From assembly GCA_950097015.1 (NCBI GenBank), contig CATNEN010000038.1, forward strand, positions 27,156,001 through 27,220,000: a stretch of DNA of 64,000 bases, read 5' to 3'. Under the pieces are notes generated by a model. That model was given only the letters and a program-made list of their open reading frames with translations, made no database searches and was not told the DNA's origin. The position numbers and the translations under genes are program-made. This DNA is from Macrostomum hystrix. Taxonomy: Eukaryota > Animalia > Platyhelminthes. This document shows, one piece after another, positions 1 through 13,145 of the stretch. The first letter of the stretch is position 1. The number at the start of each line of letters is the position of its first letter.

Positions 1-192
1 AGCTGTTTCGTCTCCTTGAATTGTAGCTCTCATGTTTGTTCGTAGGTGCAACTTCACAACCGATGGCCACAGGTGAGATGATTTTAGGCAAGCATTAATC
101 TCATCAGCAGGAGTGCCACGCGGAATCACAGGCAGCGTCTGTCTAAAGTCTCCAGACAGCAGCAGAGTGACACCACCCATCAGTTGATCGCC
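1..192 (-). pseudogene. Helitron RepHel PIF1-family helicase fragment (motif III GDFRQTLPV; ACLKSSxLW; LxxNMR)
   Basis: Manual translation of the minus strand; the frame is broken upstream of ~194. Confidence 0.85.
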
Positions 193-826
193 AGCCTCTC
201 TCTTTCTTCTATCCCAGGCTGGCTGGAGAGAAATATCGCCCTGCGCACTGGGACGCCACCGCACTCACCGCACTCAGTCTCAGTGCTGCTTGGGGGCCAG
301 TAGACAATCTAGGGGTTTGGGCTGTGTACATTCACGGCTTGAAATACAATGTACAGTCTGGGGCTTCGGCGCCCGGGGAAGGGAGGGGGTGGCTGTAATA
401 AAATTTGGCCCGCAGAGTGGCGGAGGGGAGTTGGGGTGGCTGTCCTCGGAAAACAAAAAGTGACTCACTTTGAGATGATGCAGCTTTGCTCTGGATTGAG
501 TAGAGATGTTCAAAATTGACAGCATTGTTGGAAAACATGTAAAGTGTAAGTGGATCAAATTTGGAGAAAATCTGACAAAGTGGGGCGACGATATGTCAAA
601 TTGAGTGATTTTTTGACGATTTTTGAGCAGTTTTATGCACTTTTGAGCAGGAAGGAAATGATTTTTCGGGAATTTGAGTAGCCTATTGCACTCAGCGTAG
701 GTGGTTTTAGGTATGTGCAAAGTTTGGTGCGATTTGGTTGAGCGGTTTCGGCGTCCATAAAGACAAAAGGTTGCACACACACACACACACACAGACAGAC
801 AGAGTTTTCACTTTTATATATATAGA
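1..826 (-). mobile_element. Internally deleted Helitron: 5' terminus plus PIF1 helicase fragment; runs off the window start
   Basis: Minus strand starts A|TCTATATATATAAAAGTGAAAACTCTGTCTGTCTGTGTGTG... at 826: TC start after A plus a subterminal microsatellite, typical of invertebrate Helitron 5' ends. Bases 192-1 translate to GDQLMGGVTLLLSGDFRQTLPVIPRGTPADEINACLKSSHLWPSVVKLHLRTNMRA. Confidence 0.8.
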
Positions 827-1330
827 TTTATATTTGCCATAACAACAACCTGGCAAACAACACAATCATCCATTGCTTTGCCCTCCCTTTAGAATTCACA
901 AAGACTTAAATTCTGATCCATAGAAAAGAACACTTAACATTTTTGAAAACTTCCATTAATGATAATATTAAACAAAAATTGAATGTTTACTAAAATTATA
1001 TAAATGTTTAGCATCATAAATACACTTTTTATAATAAAAAATGTTTAAGAAAGAATATTTTAACAGTTGTTAGGCCTATATATTTTTTAAAAAGTTGTTT
1101 TGTTTGACAGCAGATGAAATGACTGCAGACTAAATGACCACACACCTGTTTAACTAGTCTACTTCCAAAAATTTCAGAAATACTAAAGACAATTATTGTC
1201 CTAATAGGGCCTATACAATTTTTTTGTTTTTCAGATTTTCAGTTTTAAGCTCAATAATGTGTTCTCTTTTTATATATATTCTTCTTTTCACTATTTATTT
1301 ATGTACAAATCAATATATTATATTATCTTC

Positions 1331-1361
<31 letters not shown>

Positions 1362-2998
1362 CTATAGTTCTAAGCTTGAGCAATTATATAGACAATTCCT
1401 GAGAGGAACCAATAAAAATAGAGTTATTTTAATAAAACCCAATATATTGACTAGACAATTCTTTGTTCATTAGTATCCCTAAATACATTTTGAATCATAA
1501 AAACCAGTGCACAATTTCAAAGGGTGTCTTGCTGCTTGGAGACAATATAATTACCTAATGATAGGCCTAACAAAGTGATTTAATAATATTAAATAGGTGT
1601 CAATTTATTTAAATATAGTGATGAAAATTTTTAAGTAAAATTAGAAATTGGCTTATATAAAAAGCTGAGGGTTATCCTACAAAAAATAGAAATCTCCCAG
1701 AAACAAAAGTTTGCAATAAGCATAAATTGATAGTCAGCAAAAAGCCTGCAACAATAAAATGATGATGCAGATGTAGAATTAGAATAAGCCTTTGATAATT
1801 TTGGTCAGTGCTGGTTCAATACAGGCCCAATGATCTTTCAAGAAGTCTGCTGGTTTGGATATATTTTATAGGTCAGATTTAAAACGAATTCATGACCACT
1901 TAAAAAATAGTTACAAAAACTTTAACAATATTTCTCTAATTTACTTTAATTGGACAGATAGCTGACATAGCCTAGCAGCCACTAGGCCTAATGTGCATTG
2001 CCATGGAACTGGACCTAGAATGACAGCTTACATGTTGAAGATACATGTAGGGCCTACAAAATTTTTTTATTGCAAACAGTTTCGATTTTAGAAGATAAAT
2101 ATTAACTTAAGCTAGGCCTAAAGCCACTAGTACTATTTGACTATAGGCCGACATTTGAAAAAGAAGATAATGTTGCAGAAAATCAAACGTTAAAAAAGAC
2201 TTGCTTTGAATATAAAGCACCAACGAGTAACGCAAGCAATCCTAAAATAAAAAAAATTCACAGCTTTAGATGAAATTTAAAATCGTCCAATATCCACTCC
2301 ACATTGCATTTTTCTAGGAAACAGTTTTTCAAAAAATGTACGATTTTTCAGTTTAACTAAAGTCTACAGTAGTCTTAGACTCCTTGTACACTAGTCTGGA
2401 CTGCAGCTGCAGCTAGGGCTAAAAGAGGTAATTAGGTTATTAGACTAACGACAATGTAAAATTACGTGTGATGTCACATATCTCCGTGAACTTTACTCTT
2501 TAAACATTAAAATATTCGTTTGCAGTGCCACCAAGTAGCTAGGTTTGGTGACACGGATTAACTTTTTATCGCGAGCATCAGTAAAAATAACGAACATTCG
2601 TGTGTTTTAGCCTCGTTTGATGTCAGTGTGTAAGAGCCTTGAGCGCCACACTGTTATTAACTAAGAAGAGATAAAGATGAACTTTTCCGGTACATTCGTA
2701 CAGTTAGTAACAAATTTTTACCACATTTCAAATTTTTTAATTTTTTGGTACAGCCTTTATATTTTACTTTAAAACATTTTTTTCATAAAAAGCTACAATT
2801 TTTTTTTGTTTTATTGTTTGCAATTAAATAGAACTTTCTCGGTCTGCAGAAAGGTTCTTTCTTGAACTTACAATTTAACTTTGTGCTATTTTTCGTTATC
2901 GATATCATCGTTGAGCGAAAACGATTTGTAACTGTAGCTGTGATTTTGCGTTGTAATTTTGTTTTTAGACTTCCATCAGAGCCTAAATATTATCTATT

Positions 2999-5981
2999 AT
3001 GGCAGGAACTATGTGGATTAAGCTGCTTTTAATTGTTGCTGCAAGTTTTCTTAAGTGTAAGTAATGTTTTGTTATTTCTTCTACTGTCACAATACAGTGC
3101 TACGGAGTAATTGGCTAAAGATCCCAATGGCAATGCACAAATTTAGAGTAAGTAGCTAACATGCGGTCAGTACCGCACACTAAATATTCTACTGGCTCAT
3201 ATACTACCTAGGCCCTACTGAAAAAGTAAGATGTGGTTTAACACAAGGTCAATCACTACACTCTAATTAATTTGAATTAATTAGCAGTTAGTATATTAGT
3301 GCAGGGGACAAACTGCACATTAAACTGCATGTTACTAACAATTCTAAATTTGTGCATTGCTGTGTATATTGGTAGGGTCTCCAGTGAGAAATTAAAAATA
3401 AAAAAATTCCATCTTTTTGGTTTTCTTGTGTTACAGATCTTGCTTGTCTAAATTAAAGGACACCTCACTCATCAAAATTGGTCAAGTAATAAAAAAGTTA
3501 TTACTACTTTTAATCAACATTTTAGTTGTTTTCTTAATGTATTTTTTCCATAATGGGCTGTGATCCAGATGACTGGATAGATTTGACTTGGAAAACAAAA
3601 AATTGCAATAACTTTTTTATTTTTTAATGGATTTTAAAAGTTCCAAAAGCATATAGTTTATTTTTTGTTATCTACACTAGTTATACTGAGTATAACACTC
3701 AGTATTAAAGTATTAAATTTCAATTTTACATTGAATAGGATTACTATGCTGAAAAGATGTGTTTCTTTGTTTAGAATATAAAACTCTCTAAAGAAGTGGC
3801 AAAGCTATACATATTCCATAGGTTAACAAATAAACCTTGCATAGACATCAATTTACTATTTACAGTCAATTACAAAAGCCATCTGAAATGAGTAAAGGGG
3901 GTACATTAGAGAAACATGTATCTAGGAGATTCCGCTAAAGGAAAATAAAAAGGTTTGAGTATATCATATTCTGTATAAAATTCTACATAAAATTTGAATG
4001 ATATACACTTGGAAAACACTATAAACAATGATTGAAAAAAAAGAAAAAGAAAAGTTCAACCAAAAAAATTGCAAATTGAAAAAAATCTTCTACTAAAAAA
4101 TATTTGTTAGCCTAATATCAATTTTTATATCCTCATTCTTAATTTATAATTTGTTTATTTCAGACATTCAGTATCAATGTATTACAAAAATTTTTAAGTT
4201 CTACGTTAGGTAGTTTTTTCTCAATTTTGATCACACTGCAAATACTTTAACAAATAAAACTAATTTTGGCACCATATAACTATTTTGTTTTTGCACTAAT
4301 TGTAGTGTATAAACACTTGTTGTAAAGTAATTTTTTTCTTGTAAAGGCTTTATTTTCTTAACATAAAATTTATGTTCTTTGTTTTCATCAGAATATAGTA
4401 TTGTCTTTTAACTTTGTCTTTTTTTCAGTTTTTTTTCACTCACTAGAATCCCTAATCTTGGACCTAATCATTTAAATAGTCAAATTAGAGTTTTGTTGGT
4501 GTTTGAGATATGAGTACACTTTAATTTTGTTTAACATGTATATATGGGGAATAACACACCACAAAAGTCATATACCCCCAGTCAAACATGCTTAGAAGCA
4601 TAGCTGGTTGTGCATATAATGCCTCAACTAAGAGGCACAGTAAATAATTCTTGATCTATTGAGTATTTTATATGCTACAATTAAAATATATGATGAATGC
4701 GAACTCTAATAATGTTGCCAAAAATTCAATTTTTTTAATACTGAAAAATTCATAAAATAAAAAAATAAATGAATGTGCTCGAATACCAATGAAATTCACA
4801 ATTCTCAAATGTTAACAATTACATGTTAATTTCTTTTTTTTAGTATCTAACAACATAAGATACACTTTCATTTGTATATGCAAGGCATAAAATTCTTTAA
4901 TAGTAGATTTTAAGCTAACCTATTATCAATTGTCTAAGTATATTAATAAATATTAATAATCTTCCCTGAGTCTAACCAAACTCAGTACTAATTCCCGAAT
5001 CAGCAACATGAAAATGCTATTTGCAGCCTTCTGAATATCAGCTTCTTTGTGGCTTGCTATCTATTTTTGAGCTTTTGTTCTCTAGTTGTAATTTCTTTAT
5101 CAGTAGGATCTTTGGTGAAAATGTTTATCTCACAGAGAACATGTAGTGCTGTGATAGTGGTTCAGTAAAATATATTCAGCTTCAAGTTTCAGAAAATAAT
5201 TTCAGTTTCTTATATAGCTCAATATAGCTCAAAATATTGCTTAATTAGAAAGTAGGAAAATAAATTACTAGAATTTAGGATAGTTCAGTTTTTTGTTTAA
5301 AACTAGGACACTAAGCCCCCCTTGGGGGGCACTACTGTTCAGACAAAAAAATATTGTGTATTACAGAAGGACAAAACACACCTGAAAATGTACTAAATTC
5401 AATTACCTAAAAAGTTTATAGTGCCTAGAAATTAATTATTCAGTATTTAACATTTTTTAATAAAAAATACATTTTGCCCCACCCCCACCTCTAATACTGA
5501 CTCTTGCATTTTTAAATAATTAGGTAATGCTGGCCCTCTTGATCTTATTGCTAACACAAGCACCACCACTGAGGCCTCAACAATTGTGACTACAACACCT
5601 CCGAGCACCACTGCCAGCACCACACCAGCTGCAAGCACTACAGTAACTGACACAACCGCTACTACCAAAGCTTCAACTACCACAGTGATTGCTACTACTA
5701 CAGTTGCACCAAATACAACAACTTCGGTCTCAACAACCACCAAGCTGCCCACATCAACTGCCACAACCAAGGCCACAACTACTACAACTACCACTACAAC
5801 TGTTGCTCCCACACACGTGGCTAGTACAGCTGCTGGCACAGCCGATAAGGCTGGCGGCCATTTCGATGCCGGAAGCTTCTTTGGCGGCATCGCCCTTGCT
5901 CTGGCCTTGACTGCCATTGGCTTCTTAGCCTTCAGGATCTACAGGAACAGGACTGGCAGGAACAGCTACAATCAGATGTGA
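2999..5981 (+). CDS. CD164/endolyn-porimin (TMEM123)-family sialomucin, ~171 aa; exons 2999-3056 and 5524-5981
   Basis: Exon 1 MAGTMWIKLLLIVAASFLK(t)|GTAAGT splices in phase 1 to TAG|gt aat gct... and stays in frame with the Thr-rich ORF 5586-5981. Juxtamembrane FDAGSFFGGIAL matches the CD164 FDAASFIGGIVL signature, followed by a TM helix and a C-terminal YNQM (YxxPhi lysosomal sorting motif). Confidence 0.85.
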
Positions 5982-6187
5982 GCCAGCTTGCAAGCACGCT
6001 AAATTTAGTAAAAACTATAACAAGCTGACAAACTAAATAGATAATTGTTGGTTTATTCATTTTCGGGTAGGTATAGTTAGTGCTAATCTCTCTTACGAAT
6101 ACACGAATTTTATCCCTCCTTGATCCTCAAATTGTGCTTTAACACCTTTCCAGATTAGATTGTGCTTTCCAGATTAGATCCACTACT

Positions 6188-7260
6188 TGTACTCAATACC
6201 CGAGTCCCAGATGGACTAAATTGTACTCAGCACCCGAGTCCCAGATTGACTAAATTGTACTCAGCACCCGAGTCCCAGATTCACTAAATTGTACTCAGCA
6301 CCCGAGTCCCAGATTCACTAAATTGTACTCAGCACCCGAGTCCAAGATTCACTAAATTGTACTCAGCACCCGAGTCCAAGATTCACTAAATTGTACTCAA
6401 CACCCGAGTCCCAGATTCACTAAATTGTACTCAGCACCCGAGTCCCAGATTCACTAAATTGTACTCAACACCCGAGTCCCAGATTCACTAAATTGTACTC
6501 AGCACCCGAGTCCCAGATTCACTAAATTGTACTCAGCACCCGAGTCCCAGATTCACTAAATTGTACTCAGCACCCGAGTCCCAGATTCACTAAATTGTAC
6601 TCAGCACCCGAGTCCCAGATTCACTAAATTGTACTCAGCACCCGAGTCCAAGATTCACTAAATTGTACTCAACACCCGAGTCCCAGATTCACTAAATTGT
6701 ACTCAACACCCGAGTCCCAGATTCACTAAATTGTACTCAGCACCCGAGTCCCAGATTCACTAAATTGTACTCAGCACCCGAGTCCCAGATTCACTAAATT
6801 GTACTCAGCACCCGAGTCCCAGATTCACTAAATTGTACTCAGCACCCGAGTCCCAGATTCACTAAATTGTACTCAGCACCCGAGTCCCAGATTCACTAAA
6901 TTGTACTCAGCACCCGAGTCCCAGATTCACTAAATTGTACTCAGCACCCGAGTCCCAGATTCACTAAATTGTACTCAGCACCCGAGTCCCAGATTCACTA
7001 AATTGTACTCAGAACCCGAGTCCCAGATTCACTAAATTGTACTCCGAACCCGAGTCCCAGATTCACTAAATTGTACTCAGCACCCGAGTCCCAGATTCAC
7101 TAAATTGTACTCCGAACCCGAGTCCCAGATTCACTAAATTGTACTCAGCACCCGAGTCCCAGATTCACTAAATTGTTCTCAAAACCCGAGTCCCAGATTC
7201 ACTAAATTGTTCTCAAAACCAGAGTCCCAGATTCACTAAATTGTTCTCAAAACCAGAGTC
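6188..7260. repeat. Minisatellite, 34-bp unit TGTACTCAGCACCCGAGTCCCAGATTCACTAAAT, ~31 copies
   Basis: Direct inspection. Confidence 0.95.
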
Positions 7261-8361
7261 CTTATTTTTGTTACTCAAAGGCTTCCAAACTTTTTTAGCA
7301 AACATAAATTTGATATAATATGCCCAAAAACCGTTTTCCTGTTCTGATTTACTCCGTAATGTATTCCAGCAGTTTATGAATTCTAATCAAGCACATATAT
7401 ATTTCCTAACACGTTGAGTTAATTTTCTAGTGATTTTTTGTTGCTCAAAGTAAAAATAAATTGTGGGCCAATAGGGCCAACGTGGTGTCAAGTTTCAAAT
7501 GATTTACTAAATTCGTGTTTATCCTAGAATTTCTGTGTGTAAACTAGCAGCTTTTTGTGGCTTCACATTTTTTGTCGTAGATGCTGGCAAAATCACAGCT
7601 TAATATGAATATTTTGGATGTTAACATTTTTTTAAACAACGGGCGCCCGAAGCATAGGTTTTTTTCGAGTTCTTCTAAAGCATGTATTTGCTAATTCAAG
7701 ATATTTATCATATTTTTTTCTAGCACTTTTACTCACTTCAACTCCCGGCTTGTACTTTTAAATGATCATATTAATGGTCAAGTTGCATACTTCAAGTCTA
7801 ATGCTATTATTAAAAAAGCTGTTCAAATATATTTTGTTGTTTTTCTTAGCAGTAGTTCTTATCGGTCTTTTGTAATTTTTGTTTAACTAAAAGGTTTTTT
7901 TCGCTCCACTGGTTATGATTTTGGCTTGATGTCGGCGAAATGTCTACTATTAATCTATTTCATCAAATTCATCCACTGGCTTACGATTTGTTTCCGTTTA
8001 TTTTACGAGATCGTAAACAAAGCTTGTTTTTTATAGCTAGTTTACATTTTTCTAAGGCCAAAGCTATATTTTTCTGCCAGTACTTCCAGCTTCCATTCCC
8101 TGTGTTTATCCAGCCAATAAAAGTTTCACTGTCACTATTGGTGTTATTTGATAGCTAGTGTTTTTAGCTAGATTCATTCCAGATAAAGTTTTCCTTTGTG
8201 CACTCATTTTTATCTGTTATTTTTCAACTATACATTGCCCTTTCTAAAGAGTAATGTTTAATTATTACAAACATACGATACATCACTCGCTGTCAAATCC
8301 TCATGCTGAAAAAGTCATCAAATTTAACTGATTTAACATCATCCCATGTTAAATTGTATTT

Positions 8362-9452
8362 AGCACCCTCCCAGACCCTCAAACTGTATCCAGCACCCTC
8401 CCAGATCCTCAAACTGTATCCAGCGCCCTCCCAGATCCTCAAACTGTATCCAGCACCCTCCCAGATCCTCAAACTGTATCCAGCACCCTCCCAGATCCTC
8501 AAACTGTATCCAGCACCCTCCCAGATCCTCAAACTGTATCCAAACCCTCGCAGATCCTCAAACTGTATCCAGCACCCTCCCAGATCCTCAAACTGTATCC
8601 AGCACCCTCCCAGATCCTCAAACTGTATCCAGCACCCTCCCAGATCCTCAAACTGTATCCAAACCCTCCCAGATCCTCAAACTGTATCCAGCATCCTCCC
8701 AAATCCTCAAACTGTATCCAACACCCTCCCAGATCCTCAAACTGTATCCAGCACCCTCCCAGATCCTCAAACTGTATCCAAACCCTCGCAGATCCTCAAA
8801 CTGTATCCAGCACCCTCCCAGATCCTCAAACTGTATCCAGCACCCTCCCAGATCCTCAAACTGTATCCAGCACCCTCCCAGATCCTCAAACTGTATCCAA
8901 ACCCTCCCAGATCCTCAAACTGTATCCAGCACCCTCGCAGATCCTCAAACTTTATCCAGCACCCTCCCAGGTCCTCAAACTTTATCCAGCACCCTCCCAG
9001 GTCCTCAAACTGTATCCAACATCCTCCCAAATCCTCAAACTGTATCCAACACCCTCCCAGATCCTCAAACTGTATCCAACACCCTCCCAGATCCTCAAAC
9101 TGTATCCAACACCATCCCAGATCCTCAAACTGTATCCAACACCCTCCCAAATCCTCAAACTGTATCCAACACCCTCCCAGACCCTCAAACTGTATCCAAC
9201 ACCCTCCCTGACCCTCAAACTGTATCCAACACCCTCCCTGACCCTCAAACTGTATCCAACACCCTCCCAAATCCTCAAACTGTATCCAACACCCTCCCAG
9301 ATCCTCAAACTGTATCCAACATCCTCCCAAATCCTCAAACTGTATCCAATACCCTCCCAGACCCTCAAACTGTATCCAGCGCCCTCCCAGACCCTCAAAC
9401 TGTATCCAACACCCTCCCAAATCCTCAAACTGTATCCAACACCCTCCCAGAC
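8362..9452. repeat. Minisatellite, 30-bp unit CAGCACCCTCCCAGATCCTCAAACTGTATC, ~36 copies (same family as 13308-14620)
   Basis: Direct inspection. Confidence 0.95.
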
Positions 9453-10004
9453 CGCAAATTCGCAAATTTACTCTTGGATTGCTATATTTAATAGTCAACT
9501 GTTAACGGATGATAGTCAACTGTTTCCGATCAGCAAAGCTTAGGTACAATGCTCTTCAATTTATAAGTGTGTTTTGTATTGTTTAGTAACAAGTCCGCAT
9601 TTGATGTTAGGGTTATTGATAAGCGAAAATGTGACATGAGTACATTTGGTACGAGATTATGTTATAAGACTTAATGTAGCACCTTTCTCTTGGATACATG
9701 ATCCTGTTTATGCATCGCTGAATATAAGGTTGCGTAAACACAGGTAAGCAAATGTACTTTTAAAGTTAAAAGTTATATTTTCGAGCGAAATAAACATCGA
9801 AATATAAACAATATGAGAATCGGCGCTAAAAAAGGGGAAAATTCTACTGAATAATAATTTTATGCTGTACTGTGCATTTATATATTTTAACGCAAACTTC
9901 AGTTGCTTCTGCCAATATGCAACTTTTCTGAGACTATGATTTCTGCTGAGTAACTTTTCAGGATTCGAATGGATTTCTCCTGAGAAACGTTTCAGGGTTC
10001 AGGG

Positions 10005-12778
10005 TACTGTGGGTCTCAGAAGGATTTCTCCTGAGGCACTGTGGGTCTCAGAAGGATTTCTCGTGTGGCACTGTGGGTCTCAGAAGGATTTCTCCGTAGG
10101 CACTGTGGGTCTCAGAAGGATTTCTCCTGAGGCACTGTGAGGGTCTCAGAAGGATTTCTCCTGAGGCACTGTGGTTCTCAGAAGGATTTCTCCTGTGGCA
10201 CTGTGGGTCTGAGAAGGATTTTTCCTGAGGCACTGTGGTTCTCAGAAGGATTTCTCCTGAGGCACTGTGGGTGTCAGAAGGATTTCTCCTGAGGCACTGT
10301 GGGTCTCAGAAGGATTTCTCCGGAGGCACTGTGGGTCTCAGAAGGATTTCTCCTGTGGCACTGTGGGTCTCAGAAGGATTTCTCCTGAGGCACTGTGGTT
10401 CTCAGAAGGATTTCTCCGGAGGCACTGTGGGTCTCAGAAGGATTTCTCCTGAGGCACTGTGGGTCTCAGAAGGATTTCTCCTGTGGAACTGTGGGTCTCA
10501 GAAGGATTTCTCCTGTGGCACTGTGGTTCTCAGAAGGATTTCTCCTGAGGCACTGTGGGTCTCAGAAGGATTTCTCCTGAGGCATTGTGGGTCTCAGAAG
10601 GATTTCTCCTGAGGCACTGTGGGTCTCAGAAGGATTTCTCCTGTGGCACTGTGGGTCTGAGAAGGATTTCTCCTGAGGCACTGTGGTTCTCAGAAGGATT
10701 TCTCCTGAGGCACTGTGTGGGTCTCAGAAGGATTTCTCCTGAGGCACTGTGGGTCTCAGAAGGATTTCTCGTGTGGCACTGTGGGTCTCAGAAGGATTTC
10801 TCGTGTGGCACTGTGGGTCTCAGAAGGATTTCTCCTGAGGCACTGTGTGGGTCTCAGAAGGATTTCTCCTGAGGCACTGTGGGTCTCAGAAGGATTTCTC
10901 CTGAGGCACTGTGGGTGTCAGAAGGATTTCTCCTGAGGCACTGTGGGTCTCAGAAGAATTTCTCCTGAGGCACTGTGTGGGTCTCAGAAGGATTTCTCGT
11001 GTGGCACTGTGGGTCTCAGAAGGATTTCTCGTGTGGCACTGTGGGTCTCAGAAGGATTTCTCCTGAGGCACTGTGTGGGTCTCAGAAGGATTTCTCCTGA
11101 GGCACTGTGGGTCTCAGAAGGATTTCTCCTGTGGCACTGTGGGTCTGAGAAGGATTTCTCCTGTGGCACTGTGGGTCTGAGAAGGATTTCTCCTGTGGCA
11201 CTGTGGGTCTGAGAAGGATTTCTCCTGAGGCACTGTGGGTCTCAGAAGGATTTCTCCTGAGGCACTGTGGTTCTCAGAAGGATTTCTCCTGAGGCATTGT
11301 GGGTCTCAGAAGAATTTCTCCTGAGGCACTGTGTGGGTCTCAGAAGGATTTCTCGTGTGGCACTGTGGGTCTCAGAAGGATTTCTCGTGTGGCACTGTGG
11401 GTCTCAGAAGGATTTCTCCTGAGGCACTGTGTGGGTCTCAGAAGGATTTCTCCTGAGGCACTGTGTGTCTCAGAAGGATTTCTCCTGTGGCACTGTGGGT
11501 CTGAGAAGGATTTCTCCTGTGGCACTGTGGGTCTGAGAAGGATTTCTCCTGTGGCACTGTGGGTCTGAGAAGGATTTCTCCTGAGGCACTGTGGTTCTCA
11601 GAAGGATTTCTCCGGAGGCACTGTGGGTCTGAGAAGGATTTCTCCTGTGGCACTGTGGGTCTGAGAAGGATTTCTCCTGTGGCACTGTGGGTCTGAGAAG
11701 GATTTCTCCTGTGGCACTGTGGGTCTGAGAAGGATTTCTCCTGTGGCACTGTGGGTCTGAGAAGGATTTCTCCTGAGGCACTGTGGTTCTCAGAAGGATT
11801 TCTCCTGAGGCATTGTGGGTCTCAGAAGGATTTCTCGTGTGGCACTGTGGGTCTCAGAAGGATTTCTCGTGTGGCACTGTGGGTCTCAGAAGGATTTCTC
11901 GTGTGGCACTGTGGGTCTCAGAAGGATTTCTCGTGTGGCACTGTGGGTCTCAGAAGGATTTCTCCTGAGGCACTGTGTGGGTATCAGAAGGATTTCTCCT
12001 GAGGCACTGTGGGTCTCAGAAGGATTTCTCCTGTGGCACTGTGGGTCTGAGAAGGATTTCTCCTGTGGCACTGTGGGTCTGAGAAGGATTTCTCCTGTGG
12101 CACTGTGGGTCTGAGAAGGATTTCTCCTGTGGCACTGTGGGTCTGAGAAGGATTTCTCCTGAGGCACTGTGGTTCTCAGAAGGATTTCTCCTGAGGCATT
12201 GTGGGTCTCAGAAGGATTTCTCGTGTGGCACTGTGGGTCTCAGAAGGATTTCTCGTGTGGCACTGTGGGTCTCAGAAGGATTTCTCGTGTGGCACTGTGG
12301 GTCTCAGAAGGATTTCTCGTGTGGCACTGTGGGTCTCAGAAGGATTTCTCCTGAGGCACTGTGTGGGTCTCAGAAGGATTTCTCCTGAGGCACTGTGGGT
12401 CTCAGAAGGATTTCTCCTGTGGCACTGTGGGTCTGAGAAGGATTTCTCCTGTGGCACTGTGGGTCTGAGAAGGATTTCTCCTGTGGCACTGTGGGTCTGA
12501 GAAGGATTTCTCCTGTGGCACTGTGGGTCTGAGAAGGATTTCTCCTGTGGCACTGTGGGTCTGAGAAGGATTTCTCCTGTGGCACTGTGGGTCTGAGAAG
12601 GATTTCTCCTGTGGCACTGTGGTTCTCAAAAGGATTTCTCCGGAGGCACTGTGGGTCTGAGAAGGATTTCTCCTGAGGCATTGTGGGTCTCAGAAGGATT
12701 TCTCCTGAGGCACTGTGGGTCTCAGAAGGATTTCTCCTGTGGCACTGTGGGTCTGAGAAGGATTTCTCCGGAGGCACA
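10005..12778. repeat. Minisatellite, 32-bp unit GGCACTGTGGGTCTCAGAAGGATTTCTCCTGA, ~86 copies, with higher-order blocks
   Basis: Direct inspection; variant blocks recur at 356-bp and 386-bp offsets. Confidence 0.95.
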
Positions 12779-13145
12779 GTATCGTTTGCAGATGGATTTT
12801 CCTTTGATTTTTTGGAAGTCTTCAAGGGAGTAATTATGTTTAGTAGCTGAATAAAGTTTGAGCTTGAATATACAGTAAAAAGTCCGATGATGATTACAAG
12901 TGTAGGAACTTTAGGACTGAATGAGTATTAGGTATTGAAGTCAGAATTGCTCATTTTGGCTTCATGCTATCCAGCTAATGCACATCAAATGGAAGCGTTC
13001 ATATTTAGTAACTGCATGCTTTCTATTAAGCAAAATATATGAGAACTTCTCCCAGTATTATAGTCTAAACTGCCTGCTCACCAACACAGTGGGTCTTTCT
13101 TACATGCGCAGAAATTCAACCATCAAAGCAATCGACTCCACGCTC

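Noticed and set aside
2460-2480. CLEAR/E-box-like motif upstream of the lysosomal sialomucin
   Set aside because: TACGTGTGATGTCACAT does not match GTCACGTGAC; likely chance.
5447-5917. Val-rich minus-strand ORF
   Set aside because: Antisense shadow of the Thr-rich sialomucin exon.
6188-12778. 30-34-bp direct repeats resembling CRISPR arrays
   Set aside because: Head-to-tail with no unique spacers, no cas genes, eukaryotic context.
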